Below, one piece after another: positions 60,240 through 64,000 of a stretch of DNA of 64,000 nt (positions are counted from its first letter, which is position 1; every line of letters starts with the position of its first letter). The notes under the pieces are model-generated. The model saw only the letters and a list, made by a program, of their open reading frames with translations. It did not search any database and had not been told where the DNA came from. This DNA is from Vicugna vicugna (Eukaryota): positions 374,001 through 438,000 of the forward strand of contig MU058252.1 in assembly GCA_013265495.1 (NCBI GenBank), written 5' to 3'. Made by a program: the position numbers and the translations under genes.

Positions 60240-61680
60240 CGAGCCTCCCGCCCGGCGCCCTGATCGGCCCCAGCACTTACCCGGCAGACTTGGGAAAGTC
60301 TCTGAGAAGTGCGCAGGCGGGGGCGGTGGCGGCTCTGCCACTTTCTCCCGGGCGGGCAGCAGCTCTTCGGCTTCCAGCCCGCCCTCCGGGCGTCGGCCGC
60401 CCGGCTTGGGGTTGTTCCGGGCGGCAGTGGCAGCGGCGGCGGCAGCGGCAGCGAGCTCCGGGGGCCCGTAGAAGGCGTCGGGCGGCTCCGCGAAGCTGGG
60501 CAGCGCGGTGGTCAGCGCCACCATCGAGGGCACGGCCTGGCCCAGCCCCGCGCAGAAAGTGTTGGTGAGGCGGCCGGCGAAGGAGGCTAGCGGGGCGAGG
60601 GGCGGGAGGCCGGCGGGCAGGGGTGCGGGGGCCAGCGCCTGCGGCAGCACGAGCGGCCGGTAGGGCATGAACATGGGGTAGCCAGTATAGAGCAAGTGGC
60701 CAGAGCGCGGCGGCGGCGGCCCGATCAGAGAGTCGATGGAGAAGGCAGTGCCCGGGCCGCCGCCGCTGCCCGCGCCGCTGCCCCCGGGGGCGCCCCCGCC
60801 TCCGGCTCTCTGCATGGTGCCTGGAGCTGCGGCCGCCCCAGGGCGCTCCCCTCCGGGCGCCGCCGTGCGCCCCGCGGCTCGGGCGCCCCGCGCGGACACG
60901 CGGGGCTCGCTCCCTGGCTCCCGGGCTGAGGTGGGGGCGGGGCGCGGGCTCGGCGCAGTGTGGCTCCGGCGCCGCGCTCCCTCAAATTACGCTTCACTTC
61001 CTCCCTCCGCCCGCAGCCGCCGCGCCCGGCTCCCGCTCCCTCCGCAGAGCCCGTTCCCAGCGGCCCGGCCGGCCGGCCCGGGACCCCCGCCCGCCCCCCG
61101 CAGCCCAACCAACTATTATTAATGGAGATTGATGAGGCCGGACACGCCGCTTTGTGAAAGTTTGCGGCCGACGAGAAGGCAGTTGCAGCTGCCGGGCCGG
61201 TGCCCCTCCCTCCACCAAGCCCGTCCCCTACTCTGCCCACCCAGCTCCGGGCTTGGACTGGGAGGTGGGCCCCGGCGTGGACCGAGTGCGGGGCGGCCGC
61301 GAGGACAGCGCAGCGAGGGGCACGGGCGCGGGTGGACGGCGGGGCCCGACCGCAGAGCCCCTGCCCCGGGCCGCTACCCTCCATCGGACTCCCGGCGAGT
61401 CCCCCAGAGTGCCTCCCTGCCCCTGACGTCCCCTCCCCGGCCCCTGGGGCAGACGACGTGGCCGCCCAGGGCGCAAGCCCCCCGCGCCGCGGGCGGGACA
61501 GGACCTTTGCGCCCCCTCGGGCGGCGAGGCGGAGACGGCAGGGGGCGCGCTCCGCCACCGGGCGCCGCGGCTCAGGGTCTTGGGGCCGTTTTCCTCCTCG
61601 GCAGACTCCATTCACACTCTCTCCGGTCTCGGCACTCGCTCTTCCCCTTGTTCCTCACTCCCTCCTCCGTCGCGGACTGC
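60240..61680. promoter_or_regulatory. CpG island / GBX1 promoter and exon 1
   Basis: Very high GC and CpG density, GC boxes (GGGGCGGGG near 60934). Confidence 0.85.
60281..60815 (-). CDS. GBX1: GBX1 exon 1
   Basis: accATGc at 60815; MQRAGGG...; eh1-like FSIDSLI; GHLLYTGYPMFMPYRP; poly-Ala; donor CCGG|gtaagt in phase 1. With exon 2: 1092 nt = 363 aa + stop. Confidence 0.96.
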
Positions 61681-63814
61681 CTTAGTTCCTTGCCCTGACC
61701 TCTGTGGGTCATTTCCTCGAGGGCCCACACTATGCCAAGCACTTACCATTCCTTTCACCTTTCTCCCTCCGTCTTCCTCCCATCCTTTACATTCTGTTCC
61801 TTCTTCCCACTGTTCCCTTTCCTGCCCTGCTTCTATCCCTATTCCTATTTGATTGTTCCTATTTCTCATTCCCTATCCCAGTCTGCCTTATTGTTTTTTT
61901 CCCCTCTTTTCTCGCCTATATCTGTACCTCTTGTCTGTCTGTCTATCTCTGTCTCCCTCCCTCGCTCTCTCTCCCTCTCTTCCGCTATTAATTTCCCTGA
62001 TTGGCTCCCCGACTCCAGCGCAGCTGATGAGCCCTATTCATTCCCGGGCCTGACACTCTCGACCTGCCCTGGCTGATTGCTGGGGGCTGGCCCCAGGAGC
62101 GCTGATGAGCCCCAAGGGTCAGCGGCGCTAATTATCCGCTAATTGCGGGTGACTCTGCTCACCTCCCCCGTTCTCAGACACCGAAATAGTGGCTCTTTTT
62201 ACCCTCCCCCTCCTTCTGATTCCCAGAAGTAGAGTTGTCAATCTACAGGCAAAAGTCACGGACACTTTTGCTTGATAGTAGCCTCAGGTCAGTGGACAAG
62301 AAAGACTCAAGACAGTCAAGTCAACAGAAGAGTGACCGGAGCTTCAGGACATAGAGCAAGACTGGCCAGCTAAATGAGGGTCATCTGGTCACTGGGAAAC
62401 TATTATTCGGGTGGGGCCAGGGAGAACCAAGTGAGTTGAAATCAATAGTAGCAAAGCCAGGCAAATTGAGGAAGATGCAGTCTGATTAGCGGAAGTTATT
62501 TGGTTCAGGTGAGGAGGAAAACCTACACCAGAGTTTCAGCATGCCAAGCCACGTTAGAGCCATGCAGGGGGACTCTGGATCTCAGTGACCTTTGCTCATA
62601 TCAGGCACATTGTGTTGGCCTAGTGAACACCACTAATATCAGACTGATGTGTTAAAAAATCAGCACCCTGAAAGAGATGGTCACCAGAATGGGACAGAAG
62701 AGGGTAGGACCCAAGAAGGGAGCTTTCTTTGGTTATTCTTGATTGACAATGCATCGGAGAGGTGAAGATAAAAGAGTGTGGCTTCCATGCAGTCCTAGTT
62801 TATCTTGGGCTCTGCATTAAATTCAGCGAAGCTTCTGAGAGACAAGTCTGGTGGGAAGATGTCATCATGGAGAAAGAAGAGGTGCCTTCACTTAGGTCAG
62901 GGAACACAAGTTTTCAGTACTAAAGCACTAGGGTAATCTTTGTCCATCCTTCTAAAGGCATTCTTCAGGACGCTTTGTAAAATTAACCAAGCACTTCATG
63001 GTACCAACAGGGAAGACCAGACTTCAAAAGTGTATTGTACTTAAGAAGTGGGAGGTCAGTCCTTGGTGTGATGGCTTTACAGTGTTAGGCCCATAATAGA
63101 GGCTTATTGGCTTGAAAAATTACTGAGGGAACTTTGGGCTCCAATTACTGAAATTAAAGCTGTATGAGCAGTAACCACACCAATCAAATAAGGCATGAAG
63201 GAAGAGCCATTTTTAAAGTGACTGCACTCATTTTATTTTGCATACGTAATAAAATCACCTAGTACCAAATTTCAAAAGCTCAAAAGGATATATATTGAAA
63301 TCTATCCCTCCCACTACTCCCCCCACCCAAGTAAAAGGCCACTTTAATAAACCTGTCACTGGTGAGATAGAATGGATCATGCATTGTCAAGAACTCAAGG
63401 TTAAAGACCCTCTGATCTTGAAGATGTATGTCACCTAGTCCAGACCAAGAGTTTATTGCCCAGATCTATACTCAGTAACATGGAATTCTCTGCTCAAGCT
63501 GGCATAGAGGATATAGACTTAAAACTTGTTGCCAACAAGTCCCAGTGGGCCATCAACTCTGAAATGAGGCAAGTGAGACCTCAGGGATTTTGTAGTACCC
63601 TGGTGTGGTATGTGTTTGTTAGATACTGTATTTTATAATCCATTTTAATCCTTAGTCTGTTCCCTTGCCGTGCTGGGGTTATGAAGTGTGGCTTCCACAT
63701 AGTCCTTGACATTCAGTAGTTAAACTAGGATAAAAACTCTCACATAGTGGCAACTGAAGCAGCCCGTTTCCTTTCCCTGCCCTTTCATGGATCGTGGAAC
63801 TGAGGCTGCATGGT

Positions 63815-63955
63815 GATGGAAAAGAGCACTGGCTGGAGTAAAAAGACCTGAAGTTAAGTTCCTGTTCTGACCCCTCACTGGGCCATGTGACCTTGGTCCC
63901 TTTTTCACTTAACCTCTCCATCTGTAAGAGAGAGCAATTAATATCTACTCTGCTG
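63815..63955 (+). mobile_element. MIR SINE
   Basis: gaaaagagcactggctggag...agacctg...tgtgaccttgg...cacttaacctctccatctgtaa. Confidence 0.6.
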
Positions 63956-64000
63956 GTCAAAAAGCCAGTGCAAGAGACAAGTGAATATGAGGAAATATTC

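Noticed and set aside
60725..61615. 296-aa ORF upstream of and overlapping GBX1, and the 28-aa N-terminal extension of the 60003-60899 ORF
   Set aside because: CpG-island chance ORFs; the extension starts at a non-ATG codon, and ATG 60815 gives the expected GBX1 start

Overview
Mammalian genomic DNA, probably a camelid (tRNA-Ala-derived SINEs and artiodactyl-type L1 3' ends). The window holds two convergent genes. AGAP3 (CENTG3/CRAG; GTPase-like + split PH + ArfGAP + ankyrin) is on the + strand: its canonical first exon appears to lie upstream of the window, an alternative CpG-island first exon is at ~11.9-12.8 kb, and 17 further coding exons run from 13968 to the stop at 40655, with an alternative terminal exon at 19991. 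The complete two-exon homeobox gene GBX1 (363 aa) is on the - strand (60815-60281 and 44910-44354). The rest is intronic or intergenic, with L1, L2, MIR, MaLR, a solo ERV LTR, hAT elements and microsatellites. Most interesting: (i) a probable dual-frame AGAP3 exon that ends the GTPase-only isoform in one frame and could start a PH-GAP-ANK-only isoform in another, with a CRE/X-box promoter candidate upstream; (ii) AT-rich, TAAT-dense islands in AGAP3 introns that look like GBX1 enhancers; (iii) a frame break in the alternative first exon; (iv) apparent lineage-specific changes in AGAP3. I found no evidence of a wholly new gene. Comparisons to human come from memory and need alignment.
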